Shown here: positions 9,300-20,173 of the stretch, in pieces | Layout: each line of letters begins with the position of its first letter | Numbering within the stretch: position 1 is the stretch's first letter | Source of the DNA: Wickerhamiella versatilis | Taxonomy: Eukaryota | DNA length: 64,000 nucleotides | Assembly: GCA_030867685.1 (NCBI GenBank) | Contig: JAQOWU010000008.1 | Span: forward strand, 1,240,001 to 1,304,000 | Direction: 5' to 3' | Notes under the pieces: generated by a model | Databases searched by the model: none | What the model saw: the letters and a program-made list of their open reading frames with translations, nothing else | Told to the model about the DNA's origin: nothing | Position numbers and translations under genes: made by a program

Positions 9300-10052
9300 T
9301 CATGGCTTATAATTATAACGCTTTTTTTGCCCAGTATGCTCACACAGATAACAAAGTTTATACAATGCTCCTGCTAAACGTATCCCACGGCCACCTAGTC
9401 CCACGGTGATCTCTGAGGGTGCGGGAATGCACAAACCAAGATCTGATATATTAAGAACCACTTGCCCTGATCGATCTACTTCAATGCGTTTCCCATTGTT
9501 GATCAGTTCACAAACCTTGGGACCCCTAGGCTTGTAAGCTTTATACAACTTTTCTATCTCACTTCTGAGGACCTCACGGCTTGCTATTTCAAAGTTTGGG
9601 TCCTTGGGAATTTTCCTGATTTCTGGATATCTGGCGTAGATTTTTGATATGGCTTCATTGGGTAGACCCACACAATTTCCACTAACATAGCTCCGTGGGC
9701 CGGAAAGATGCTGGTCCAGCCCTGATACTGCACCAAGTAATTTAGAATCTATAACCCCAATTCGGAGAAGCAGTGTTGATGGCAATACTAACTTTGTCAA
9801 ACTGTCCATACGAGGAGATCCCCCGAGGAGTCGTGCCCACATATTGCTCTCAAGTTTCTCTGGACAAAAATGGGCCTGCCAAGGTTCACATTTGCGTGGC
9901 TTAATCCTGCGGTCCCTCTTTTGCTTCAAACTTATATTCCGTAACCACAGTGCCTTTCCAAACGATATTCCAGGCTCATGCGGTTCATACGGCCTCGGTG
10001 GAGACTGCTGAAGCTGTGCGAGAACCCGTTTCGCCGGGACCTTACCAATCAT
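9300..10052 (-). CDS. Probable Rrg8-like mitochondrial protein
   Basis: SNMWARLLGGSPRMD..KLVLP..LL resembles the Rrg8 N-terminal motif; first ATG 10052; weak similarity. Confidence 0.45.
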   Translation of the reverse strand: MIGKVPAKRVLAQLQQSPPRPYEPHEPGISFGKALWLRNISLKQKRDRRIKPRKCEPWQAHFCPEKLESNMWARLLGGSPRMDSLTKLVLPSTLLLRIGVIDSKLLGAVSGLDQHLSGPRSYVSGNCVGLPNEAISKIYARYPEIRKIPKDPNFEIASREVLRSEIEKLYKAYKPRGPKVCELINNGKRIEVDRSGQVVLNISDLGLCIPAPSEITVGLGGRGIRLAGALYKLCYLCEHTGQKKRYNYKP

Positions 10053-10198
10053 TGGAGAACTAGCTTTGTCCAGGTTGGGACGCACCCTCCCCCTTCCACT
10101 AAAGATTCACTGGAGAAATTAAAGGACAAAAGCTGGCTGGCCTGCCCAGTTTAAGAAATTCTACATGCCTATTTAGTTTAGCTTTATATCAGAAGCAT

Positions 10199-11269
10199 CT
10201 ACGCATTCCAGATAACGACCCGTCCATCGCCGCTGGTCGACACCTCACGTGAGCTATAGTTACGTACGGTCGCAATGGCATTCTGGTGCACCGTGGGCAA
10301 TGCTGTCTGAAGGCCCTGGGTACCCTTGAGATCGAGCTCCCGGAACATGTGAAGGGCAGAAACCTGAGTATCCTCAGCATTTCCCCCCTGTTTTCCTTCT
10401 TGGTCGTCCAGGGATTTCACAAGTCCCCATCCATTCTCATCGCCAGAGAATACCAATGGCTGGCAATCAAATCCACCGGCCACGAGAGTGTCCTCACTCC
10501 TCCAGATAAGGGAGCGGAAGGGCAGGTACGATGTTGCTATGGACACAACGGCACGGGGAGGTTGTTCAGGGCCAGAAGGATAAGCCACAAGAACGCTTGA
10601 ATCATGAGTTACCCACGCAAGGGTCTCTCCTGATGGGCTGAACGCGACGTCATGAACCCAGGCAGACGTCTCGTCGGTGAAATCACCACAGAGTTGCTGG
10701 AAAGGGAGACGCTCGCCCCATCCGGAAGGCTCTGGCTTTTGGTCCAGTCCTTTTACGTATCCCGAGAATACACGTGCATGTCCATCGGTCGAGCCAGCCG
10801 CAAGAAGCACAGAGTTCGGGTGCCAAGCCACACTCAAAACTGTGGACTTCAATGGGCGCTTGATGTGCTTGGAAATCCACCAGTCATTCTCCTCATCGTA
10901 GTAACACACTGCAATGACCCGGGCACCTGTGCTCACAGCGAACTTTTTACCATTGGGAGACCACCGCACCGCAGTAGCAGCCCGGTTGATACGGAGAAGC
11001 ACGAGCGTGGGACGCCATGTACCATCCCTCTGCGCCTTCCAAACTAGTGCATTGCGGTCCTGGGAGCATGTAACGATCTCTCCTGCATCGTTAATATCGA
11101 CACCCGTGACATCGCGGTCATGGCCCTTCAACGTAGAGCCCAATGAATACTTCCCGTTGTACTCATAGTAAAGCTCTACGACAGTCCCTCTGGCAACAGC
11201 AAGTAAGGATTTGTCCGAGGAGAACGCATGGTCGGTAATAGCGGCGTGGCCAAGTTCAATAATGCGCAT
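10199..11269 (-). CDS. ARC40: Arp2/3 complex subunit ARPC1
   Basis: WD40; CSQDRNA, PTLVLLRINRAAT, EENDWWISKHIK, AWHPNSVLLAAG. Confidence 0.96.
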   Translation of the reverse strand: MRIIELGHAAITDHAFSSDKSLLAVARGTVVELYYEYNGKYSLGSTLKGHDRDVTGVDINDAGEIVTCSQDRNALVWKAQRDGTWRPTLVLLRINRAATAVRWSPNGKKFAVSTGARVIAVCYYDEENDWWISKHIKRPLKSTVLSVAWHPNSVLLAAGSTDGHARVFSGYVKGLDQKPEPSGWGERLPFQQLCGDFTDETSAWVHDVAFSPSGETLAWVTHDSSVLVAYPSGPEQPPRAVVSIATSYLPFRSLIWRSEDTLVAGGFDCQPLVFSGDENGWGLVKSLDDQEGKQGGNAEDTQVSALHMFRELDLKGTQGLQTALPTVHQNAIATVRNYSSREVSTSGDGRVVIWNA

Positions 11270-11355
11270 AGGAGGAGCTCTCTACTATCGCACCTAAGTT
11301 GCTTACTTATCCAGCCTTGTTCTCAGGCCTGGATGGGCACACTCTCACCTTCTGC

Positions 11356-11362
11356 TGAGTCA
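11356..11362. promoter_or_regulatory. Gcn4/Bas1-type site TGAGTCA upstream of ADE13
   Basis: Perfect TGA(C/G)TCA in the ARC40/ADE13 divergent spacer. Confidence 0.5.
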
Positions 11363-11568
11363 GTCTATAATCGAAAGTTGCGGCTTGACCAGGTGCTGTT
11401 TTTTTGGCAGACGTCAGGTATGTTTGTATATGGTTATGTAGGAATATTGAGAATTATTCAGGACTGGTTTTCCCGAAATAAGATAACCCTGGAATATCTA
11501 GATCAAATTTAGTGCTGTAAGTGAAGTGACAACGAGCTTTGTCAGAGGAGTTTTATCACTTTTCCAAA

Positions 11569-13014
11569 ATGGACTACTCAACTTATCAGACACCTTTGGC
11601 CTCTAGGTATGCATCGAAAGATATGGCTTCACTTTTCTCGGTGAAAACAAGATTCAGCACTTGGCGTGAGCTATGGTACACTCTAGCCACTGCAGAGAAG
11701 GAGCTTGGCCTAACTCAAATCACCGACGAGGCACTAGAACAAATGAAGGCACACTTGGAGATCACTGATGAGGGAATCCAGGCTGCGTCTAAACAGGAAG
11801 CAATTGTCCGTCATGATGTCATGGCCCACGTGCATGAATTTGGTGTTGAGTGTCCAGCTGCAGCAGGAATCATTCATCTTGGAGCCACTTCGTGCTTTGT
11901 TACTGACAACGCAGACCTGATCTTCCTTAGACGAGGCCTTGATCTTCTGCTGCCAAAACTTGCGAGTGTCATCGACCGTCTCTCGCAGTTTGCCTATAAG
12001 TATAAAGACCTTCCTACCCTAGGATGGACCCACTTTCAGCCTGCGCAATTGACCACCGTAGGAAAGCGTGCCACGCTCTGGATCCAGGAACTGCTTTGGG
12101 ATTTGCGTAACCTTAGGCGTGCTCGCGATGACATTGGCCTGCGTGGTGTGAAGGGCACGACTGGTACGCAAGCGAGCTTCCTTGCGTTGTTCAACGGCAA
12201 CCATGATAAGGTGGAGGCACTTGATGAGCGAGTCGTTGAGCTCCTCGGATTCGACTTTGCCTATCCTTGCACCGGCCAGACCTACGATCGTAAGATTGAT
12301 GTCGATGTCCTAGGCCCTCTGGCATCGCTTGGCGTCACCGCACATAAAATAGCGACAGATATTCGTCTCCTGGCCAATCTGAAGGAGATGGAGGAACCAT
12401 TCGAGAAGAGTCAGATCGGATCGAGTGCAATGGCCTATAAACGTAACCCCATGCGCTCTGAGCGGGTATGTTCCCTAGCTCGCCATTTGCAGTCATGCTT
12501 CCAGGACGCAACCTCCACTGCTAGTGTCCAATGGTTCGAGCGTACCCTCGACGATTCAGCCATTCGGCGTGTTTCGCTGCCCTCGGCTTTCTTAACTGCT
12601 GATATTGTGCTCACAACCCTCATGAACATCACAAGTGGACTTGTGGTTTATCCTAAGGTCATTGAGCGGCGTATCAATGCAGAGCTCCCATTCATGGCTA
12701 CTGAGAATATTATCATGGCCATGGTCAAAGCCGGTGGTGACCGCCAGGAGTGCCATGAGAAGATCCGGGTACTATCCCAGCAGGCTGCACAGGTTGTAAA
12801 AGAGCAGGGTGGGGAGAATGACCTCATTGAAAGAGTCAAGGCAGACCCCTATTTTGAAAGAATACACAGTAACCTGCCAGAGCTGCTGAACCCCAGTACA
12901 TTTGTTGGACGTGCTCCGGAGCAGACAGAAAAGTTTGTTAAAAACCAGGTGAAGAAGGCGCTTGACCCTTACGAAGGAGTCATTGACCGTGGTGTCGTTC
13001 AACTCAATGTATAA
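11569..13014 (+). CDS. ADE13: Adenylosuccinate lyase
   Basis: [23 protein letters not shown], signature [14 protein letters not shown] 11569. Confidence 0.98.
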   Translation: MDYSTYQTPLASRYASKDMASLFSVKTRFSTWRELWYTLATAEKELGLTQITDEALEQMKAHLEITDEGIQAASKQEAIVRHDVMAHVHEFGVECPAAAGIIHLGATSCFVTDNADLIFLRRGLDLLLPKLASVIDRLSQFAYKYKDLPTLGWTHFQPAQLTTVGKRATLWIQELLWDLRNLRRARDDIGLRGVKGTTGTQASFLALFNGNHDKVEALDERVVELLGFDFAYPCTGQTYDRKIDVDVLGPLASLGVTAHKIATDIRLLANLKEMEEPFEKSQIGSSAMAYKRNPMRSERVCSLARHLQSCFQDATSTASVQWFERTLDDSAIRRVSLPSAFLTADIVLTTLMNITSGLVVYPKVIERRINAELPFMATENIIMAMVKAGGDRQECHEKIRVLSQQAAQVVKEQGGENDLIERVKADPYFERIHSNLPELLNPSTFVGRAPEQTEKFVKNQVKKALDPYEGVIDRGVVQLNV

Positions 13015-13343
13015 GTTGCTGTCTTTATGTTAGGTTGGCCAAAAAAGCCTGGCACCCAGGGGTCCTTGAGTCGGATTCCTGGCAATATATCTGCCTTGAC
13101 TTTCGATCATAACAATAAACTATAATATAAAAAATAAGTGATGCAAGGTTATCATAGGTCATATACATGGATCATAGGGGCGTTCTAAGTAGTTGTTTAG
13201 CGATGCTATGCAATTTTTCTTCGTCTCACGTTAGGTGTATCCCATTCCATTTCCCCACGCCAGCGCGGTTCTCTATTTTTTTTTCGTTTGTTCATTATTT
13301 TGTCAACGCCGTTACGCATTCCATGACCCACGTGCACCCTTCT

Positions 13344-13664
13344 CTAAGTATGCAGCTGGGCAGGAGTGGATTCAACGAGCCACCGACGATAATTCGAAGC
13401 TGGTAACTCCTCTGCACCTGGATCTTGACCGATCAAAAGAGGCGATACTGGAGCCATCATTGCAGGGGGAGACCCTGCTCCTGATTGAGGCTTCAGAAGG
13501 GGACTTTCGTAAAGGAATGCTCGGGACGCATCCTCATGAGTGCAATGCGTGTGTTCAACAGGCGCACGTTTGGATTTTTCCTCTAGACGACATGTCTCGG
13601 AGCAGTAGACTGCTCCTTGCACACACTGTTTATCACAGACAGTACAAAAATCTTGTGTCCACAT
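13344..13664 (-). CDS. ECL1: Ecl1-family zinc-binding lifespan/stress protein
   Basis: FCTVCDKQ....VYCSETCR Cys pattern, LYESPLL, NYRRWL tail. Confidence 0.8.
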   Translation of the reverse strand: MWTQDFCTVCDKQCVQGAVYCSETCRLEEKSKRAPVEHTHCTHEDASRAFLYESPLLKPQSGAGSPPAMMAPVSPLLIGQDPGAEELPASNYRRWLVESTPAQLHT

Positions 13665-13895
13665 ATCCACGTGCGCTGACGCAGCAGCAGTTTCTCTACT
13701 TTATAGTATTGAAATTTTACTTTGACCCTAGCCCTCGTATCATGTACGCGGTACCGAGCATTTAAGGTATAGATTTGCGCATAAAAAAATTTTTCTTAGG
13801 AGCATATAATGGTCATTCAAGACCACTTAAAATATGTATCGGTTCCCCTCTTCATTAGAAGATAGCCCACCTCGTACCAGTGGGGAACCCCCTGA

Positions 13896-13902
13896 TGACT
13901 CA
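13896..13902. promoter_or_regulatory. Gcn4-type site TGACTCA upstream of ECL1
   Basis: GATGACTCAG, ~230 bp upstream of the ATG. Confidence 0.5.
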
Positions 13903-14090
13903 GGATATGCAAACGAAGCCTCACTTTATCCGCAGAAATTCTCGTTGCTTGGATCGATTCAATGAAAATAAAATTGGTGTATATTTAACTTATTGCTTCT
14001 ATAGAATAGATTCCTCGAATATATGTCCAAAATCTTATCATTTAGAGCGTATTTGACGCGAAGCTTGCTCCACCCCAGAATTACCATGTC

Positions 14091-14098
14091 TCACGTGA
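14091..14098. promoter_or_regulatory. Cbf1-type E-box TCACGTGA in ECL1 upstream region
   Basis: Perfect palindrome; a second CACGTG lies at 13668-13673. Confidence 0.4.
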
Positions 14099-14445
14099 TT
14101 TGGCGCTACCCTGAAGAATTTTTCAACCACGCGGATGGGGTAACCGTAAGCGCGTTCTCCTCTTCTGAGTAATAATGACAGCTGGCTTGACACGTTGAGG
14201 GTCTGAGGGTTTAGACCAGTTATACCCAATTAGGCAACAGGCTGGTGTTGTAGAGTAGAAGCGATTTTTTGTAGATTATGGACAAAAAAAGGATTTTCGT
14301 AGGCTTAAGCAAGAAGCTCCATCCTTGCAGGTAAGCGATAAAGTTGTTTAAGCAACAAACCTTAAGTGTAACGATAATTAAAAACATTTTAAGTTTGACG
14401 TGAATTGTCACATATTTCTAAATGTTGCACATGTAGCAATATATA

Positions 14446-16268
14446 CTAATTTTTTAGCGGATCCAGGCGGTTTAGAACAGCGAGAAGTGCATGCAACGAA
14501 GCCTTCGACACATCCTCGTGGATGCCAATACCCCAGTCACGGATTTCCTTTCCATCTACCTCGGTAGAGACCTCGATAAATGAGGCAGCGCGAGTCTTGG
14601 ATCCCTTACCAATGGAATGCTCGTGGTAGTTTTCAACATCAAGGTCATAGCCGAGGCTGGCCTCGATGGCATTGAGGAAGGACGAGATAGGCCCGTTACC
14701 GAACCCCTCGAGCTTAACCACTTTCTCGTCGTTTACAAGCAGTTCACCAGTAAACTTACGCTCAGTGCTGTCGACGTTTGCCACGTCGAAACCAATCAGA
14801 TCGTACTTACGCTTCTTACCCTCTTGGAGGATGTAAAGATCAGAGAACAGCTCCACGAGCTCATTCGAACGCAACTCGCGATCTTTGAATTCAGCCTCGG
14901 CTTGGACATGCTTAGAGAAGGATACCTGGAGTCCCCTTGGAAGGTCGAGTTCAAGATGACGCAAAATCATCCAAGCAGCACCACCTTTACCACTCTGGGA
15001 GTTGACCCGGATAACTGCCTCGTAGGTGCGGCCGACATCGCTCGGGTCAAGTGGAAGGTAGGGCAGCTGCCACCTGAGATTCTCCTCGGTCCCGCCGTTA
15101 CGTTCAATGGCTGAATTCCAGCGGGAGAATCCTTTCTTGATTGCATCCTGGTGAGAGCCAGAGAAAGCACAAACAACCAGGTTACCACCATAGGGTGCAC
15201 GGGGATGCACAGGAAGCTTGTTGAGGCGCTCAACAAGTTCTACAATGACCTCAAGATCAGAAAAGTCGATCTTCGGATCAACTCCCTGTGTGTACAGGTT
15301 AAGTCCAAGCGTCACAAGATCCACATTGCCTGTACGCTCACCATTGCCGAATAGACAGCCTTCGACTCGGTCAGCACCGGCCATAAGGCCCAACTCAGTT
15401 GCGGCAACGGCAGTGCCCCGGTCATTGTGACAATGGAGGGAGAGGTGGCACTTCTCCCGCTCGCTTAGATTGCGCGAGATATACTCAATTTGGTCTGCGT
15501 AGATGTTTGGTGTTGCCACCTCGACTGTTGCAGGAAGATTGAATATGATGGGGTTCTCGGCGGTAGGTTCCCATTCTTTTTTGACAGCCTCCAGAACGCT
15601 CAGGGTATAGTCAAGTGGTGTGTCACTGAAGGTCTCAGGGCTGAATTCGAACTGCCATTCTGTGTCCTGAGCATCGGGGTTATCTTTGGTGAGCTCACGA
15701 ACAAGCTTGGTGGAGCGAACGGCCAGACGCTTGGTCTCCTCCTCACTGAAGCCGAAAACCACATCGCGGAATAGGGGGCTAGTTGCCACATAAATATGGA
15801 CTATAGCACGCTTAGCACCCTTGAGGGACTCGACAGTGCGGCGGATAAGCTCCTCACGGCAGGGACTGAGAACCTGAATGGCCACATCACTCGGTGCGGT
15901 CTCGACAGCAAACCGGGTGAAGTCGAAGTCAACCTGGGAGGCGGAGGGGAATGCAACTTCTATTTCTTTGTAGCCCATATTGACTAGTTTTGTAAAAAAT
16001 TCCTTTTTCTCATCGACGTTCATAGGATCAGGGAGACTCTGGTTGCCGTCACGAAGGTCCGTCGCAAGCCACCGGGGGGCTTTGGTTATTTGCTTCGACG
16101 GCCATTGCCTATCCGGCAAATTGATCTTAGGAAATGGCTTGTACTTCGTGAAGGATCGGCGAGCCTGATTCGTTAGTTGACAACACATTTCGAATTGGTA
16201 CCTGCGCCAGCCTGCTACTACTAATAACTAGAGCTTCGGGCGTGACTCACACGAAATTTTTGAATCAT
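14446..16268 (-). CDS. LEU4: 2-isopropylmalate synthase; 5' end uncertain (candidate intron 16165-16250)
   Basis: KYKPF, TDLRDGNQSL, NLPATVE, HCHNDRG, GNGERTGN, FSGSHQDAIKKG, IRVNSQSGKGG, regulatory GNGPI. Confidence 0.95.
16243..16249. promoter_or_regulatory. Gcn4-type site TGACTCA at LEU4 5' end (overlaps a possible GTGAGT donor)
   Basis: Perfect consensus; LEU4 is a known Gcn4 target in S. cerevisiae. Confidence 0.45.
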
Positions 16269-16963
16269 GACTAACATATTTAGTCATCAGTGGACTGATA
16301 GACCCATAGTTTCTTATTTACTAGTTTGACGTAGATTTATTATTTCTGCTGTATAAAAGCATTCTATAAGTTTGGTAATTAATTTGGCACATGTTTATAT
16401 ATCTATTGATAAGGTGGGTAAAGAAATCTGATAGGTTGATGACGCTCTGGCGGGGTAGGCAGGAGTCTTAACCTACAGTGCTAAATAATGTATGTCTTGA
16501 CTAAAAAAGTAGTGCTGGGCAGGCTGAAGATATAATCATAATGGATTCAGAGGCTGGCTATTTACAATATTGGTAACTGGTGATAAGCTACCTCCCCTGA
16601 ACTGTTGCTAATAGACCTTATCATTTATAGCTTACTTCAGGCCGCATCACGCAATGCCACGATGCTGAGGAATAAGCGCGAATTTCTTTTAGCTATATTT
16701 GAAGAATTTTTTTTATCTCATATTGTTCTTTACTTAGATTTTTTTTGTGTCCTTTATTTTTCCTTTTTGTCCAACCAGTCTCAGGTGGTGTTGGGTGACC
16801 TATTTATTTGCAGTCAGCTCAAGCACATTTATCGACCCATATCAACACTGCATTGTTCGTGTCATTGCGGAATATGATCAAACAATAGCTCAGTTGCTTA
16901 TTTTTCCCAGCACTGGGTGTGAAGGCCCATTACTGGAAAAATTTCGATTACGTGTACGTGTGT

Positions 16964-17506
16964 ATGGATCGGTTTGGCGACGTGTCTGAGAACCTGGGAC
17001 GATATCAGCAACTGTTCCAGGTGTATCTTGATAAGAGTGTGCCGCGTATAAAGGAAAGATGGGTGGGTCTTGCTGGTTTGCTTTTCGTGTTTTTACTTAG
17101 GGTGGTATTGGCCCAGGGGTGGTATGTCGTTTGCTATGCCCTCGCTATTTATCTGCTAAACCTGTTTCTCGCATTCCTAAGTCCGAAGTTTGATCCGCAG
17201 ATGGAGCAGGATATCCGGAATGAAGAGGCTGAGGAAGGCGGACCTGGAGGGGGCGGCGATGAATTTCGACCCTTTATCCGCAGACTCTCTGAGTTTGACT
17301 TTTGGTACCGCGCCACGATCGCGACTCTCATTTCGATAGCTTGTTCGGTCTCCCGCGTTACAGATCTGCCGGTATTCTGGCCCATTCTTGTGGTATATTT
17401 CTTTGTTCTTTTCTTCCTTACGATGCGTCGGCAGATACAGCACATGATAGAATATCGATATCTTCCCTTCGATATAGGCAAGAAGAAGTTTGGTTCACAA
17501 AAATAG
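16964..17506 (+). CDS. RER1: ER retrieval receptor
   Basis: YLDKS, QGWYVVCYAL.IYLLNLFLAFLSPKFDP, EFRPFIRRLSEF.FW, PVFWPIL, MRRQIQHMI; ATG 16964. Confidence 0.96.
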   Translation: MDRFGDVSENLGRYQQLFQVYLDKSVPRIKERWVGLAGLLFVFLLRVVLAQGWYVVCYALAIYLLNLFLAFLSPKFDPQMEQDIRNEEAEEGGPGGGGDEFRPFIRRLSEFDFWYRATIATLISIACSVSRVTDLPVFWPILVVYFFVLFFLTMRRQIQHMIEYRYLPFDIGKKKFGSQK

Positions 17507-17611
17507 AAGGAGCGAATTAGATTAGGGTGAACTAGTTTTATAAAGCTAAAGCATTTTGCAGAAGCAAATGTGATAGGATTAATTCATATAAAAAAAAGCA
17601 GAAGCATACTG

Positions 17612-18955
17612 TCACATGTATTGGTTGACCCAATCGTGGGCATACAGTGCGCAGCGTTTAAAGCGGCGCTCACTATATTTCTCAAATACGGCCTTGTGGT
17701 TCGTTAGGGGGTCGCGTAAATCCTCCTTGAGGGCCTTAACTCCAGGAAGCAATTGTTTCTCAGTATATCCCGAAAAATATACATGAAGATCAGTCCATTC
17801 ACCCTTATTGAGCATCTCTCGCGCTACGTAGTGGGCGATTGCGCCAGTCCACGATGGAGGCGCCGCGACAAATCGATGGTCCATGATTGTAATTTCGAGA
17901 AGGTATTTTGCCAGTGTACGGGTTTCAAGGTCGTAATCATCAGCCTTCGAGGTTCGTCGTAGGAAGCTCATTGGGCCTGGGTATCCCAGGTTAAAATCCA
18001 GCATGTCTATCATATAGCGCTCGGCCTTAAGGATCTCGTCAACCGAAAACCCATTCTCGACCATATATGCAACCTCCTGCACACTCAAGAAGTGGATTTC
18101 CTCGTATTTTGCCGCGAGGAACAGAGCAACAGCACCCACAAGCTGGAACTTGCTCAAAGAGACATCCTTAACGGACAGGAAGCGGTCAATATAGTTGATG
18201 GTGAGATAGAGGGTTTCGGGTAGCAAATTGAACCTGTGGTGGACCTGCACCAGCCAGTCAATTAGTACTGCGCGCATAGACCACTGTATTTCCCGCTGAT
18301 GATCCATATACCCCGGATCAGGACGCATTTGTAGTTCAAGCCGTCGCATATGCATGAATATCTCCTCGCTATACTCGGTAACCATCGCGGTGTCGTACAT
18401 ATCCTCATCCTCCTCGTCCAGAATCCCTGGGGTCTGTCGCACAACCTCCGCGCATCGGTTAATATCCCGTATAGTTTCTGGGGTCTGTATTGGAAAAAGT
18501 GCATGGGGGTTGGTCAAGGAGACATGTTCGAGGACGTTATCGTCCGCAAGAATATGGCTGTGATCATGGTCAAGACCGCTTTCATCCTCTACACTCAGCT
18601 CCTGGACTTGGTCCATTTCGTAGTCCTCGATGGTATCATCGCTTTCCGGGGCCGCCAGCGGCTGGGCAGGTTGTTGTGAAGGTACGGCCGAGAGTGGGAC
18701 TGAGGCAGGCACCGGCTGAGAATCGGTACGCTGTACATGCGATCGCGCAAACTTCCGTTCATCAACTCGAACGTTCGAGGATTTGGCGCCAAGCGGTGCG
18801 CGCGCGGTATTAGTTACTGTCTGGAGGGCAGCCCGCTTTGGCCCTGCCTTGATGCCCAACGGGGCGTTAGCGTTCGGTGGGGCTCCACCGACATTAAAAG
18901 ATTTAGATCCATAAATAGCGTTCTCGTCCCCCACACGACGAGCCCGATGATCCAT
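17612..18955 (-). CDS. B-type cyclin (Clb3/Clb4-like)
   Basis: D-box RAALQTVTN, cyclin box MRAVLIDWL, LPETLYL, AAKYEE, PGPMSFLRR.SKADDYD. Confidence 0.93.
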   Translation of the reverse strand: MDHRARRVGDENAIYGSKSFNVGGAPPNANAPLGIKAGPKRAALQTVTNTARAPLGAKSSNVRVDERKFARSHVQRTDSQPVPASVPLSAVPSQQPAQPLAAPESDDTIEDYEMDQVQELSVEDESGLDHDHSHILADDNVLEHVSLTNPHALFPIQTPETIRDINRCAEVVRQTPGILDEEDEDMYDTAMVTEYSEEIFMHMRRLELQMRPDPGYMDHQREIQWSMRAVLIDWLVQVHHRFNLLPETLYLTINYIDRFLSVKDVSLSKFQLVGAVALFLAAKYEEIHFLSVQEVAYMVENGFSVDEILKAERYMIDMLDFNLGYPGPMSFLRRTSKADDYDLETRTLAKYLLEITIMDHRFVAAPPSWTGAIAHYVAREMLNKGEWTDLHVYFSGYTEKQLLPGVKALKEDLRDPLTNHKAVFEKYSERRFKRCALYAHDWVNQYM

Positions 18956-19231
18956 CCAGTACGTTGTGTCGGTAAGAAGATAGTGTTTACGCTGCTTGGG
19001 ACAATCCCGAGTTTGTTTACATTACCCTCATTTGGGTAAAGGTTGCCCAGGTAACATCTGACTAACTGTTTTGTGGCTTACCACGATGTACACACAGACA
19101 GAATTGCCTCAGCCGCCAATTTAAAAGCTGATCCTGTGTTGATCCGATAGGTATTCAGTACAGTAGATTCTCAATGTTCCTTCTTTGATTTTTTTTATTG
19201 ATTTTTTTTTCACCTGCTATGTGGCTCTTAT

Positions 19232-19238
19232 TCACGTG
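19232..19238. promoter_or_regulatory. Cbf1-type E-box TCACGTG
   Basis: In the cyclin/MAM33 divergent spacer. Confidence 0.35.
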
Positions 19239-19284
19239 GACGTTAGCGTACGTAATCGCTAGCTAACTTCTTTGCCTACCGAGA

Positions 19285-20100
19285 ATGATGCTTCGACCTG
19301 CTTTGAGAGCTGTTCCGAGGACTGTACGCACATATGTGCGCCCAGCCACTGTAATGGGTACGCTTTTCAGAGCTCCACGTATCCGAACCAGTGTTCCAGG
19401 GGCATCCCGTTTCTATTCAGAAGGTGGACTGCCCTCTGCAGATGCCGAACTGCTTGGGGCATTGCGATCCGAACTTAAGATTGAATCCGAGTCGCTCGAG
19501 AATGAGGCGGAAGACCACCAGCGTTTCCAGGAATACCTCGAGAAGCATGGATTCCAGCTTGTTGCTGAGCCAGGGCATGAAGAGGTCCAGTTGGTGCGCA
19601 ACAGCGGCAGCGAGACCGTACGCATTTTTTTCAACATTAGCGATGTAATCAACAGTGACTCGCTTCTTGACGATGCAGAGTTTGAGGACGCTGCGGAGGA
19701 CGAGGATGCCGCTGCTGCCCGCGAGGACGACTTCAAGTCGGACGTTGAACTGCCAATTCGCCTCAACATTGTTGTCGAGAAGCCTAGTGGTGGCGCCTTG
19801 GGCATTGAAGCCGTTGCACAGGACGATATGATCCTGGTCGAATCCATCATTCCCTATGCCTCAAAGGAACTGGCTACTGATGAAAGTGCCGAGGCCGACT
19901 ACAAGCGGCGCCAGGCCTACCAGGGTCCCCCCTTCAGTGTGCTTGACCCTAGTGTCCAGAACGCTGTGCAGCAGTTCCTCGAGTCCCGATCTATCGACAG
20001 TGGTCTTGCCCTGTTCATCGCAGAGTTCTCAAGCTTCCGCGAAAACAAGGAGTATATCTCGTGGATGGGAAAGATCGCCAATATCCTTGAACACAACTAG
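19285..20100 (+). CDS. MAM33: Mitochondrial acidic matrix protein (p32/gC1qR family)
   Basis: Presequence, YQGPPFSVLD, FLESRSID..LA.FI, ENKEYISW. Confidence 0.93.
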   Translation: MMLRPALRAVPRTVRTYVRPATVMGTLFRAPRIRTSVPGASRFYSEGGLPSADAELLGALRSELKIESESLENEAEDHQRFQEYLEKHGFQLVAEPGHEEVQLVRNSGSETVRIFFNISDVINSDSLLDDAEFEDAAEDEDAAAAREDDFKSDVELPIRLNIVVEKPSGGALGIEAVAQDDMILVESIIPYASKELATDESAEADYKRRQAYQGPPFSVLDPSVQNAVQQFLESRSIDSGLALFIAEFSSFRENKEYISWMGKIANILEHN

Positions 20101-20173
20101 ACTTGTACATAATCTTATCTACTTGGAGAGTCCAGTCCCTCTTTTCCTAGAACTAACTTTTCATCTCCTCCCT

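Noticed and set aside
13235..13765. 176-aa + strand ORF over ECL1
   Set aside because: GTG start, no motifs, antisense to a recognisable Ecl1 ORF
14091..14400. TCACGTGA as CDEI of a point centromere
   Set aside because: No AT-rich CDEII or CDEIII at the right spacing; lineage not expected to have point centromeres
14617..16168. Several long antisense ORFs within LEU4
   Set aside because: Shadow ORFs expected from the codon bias of a highly expressed gene
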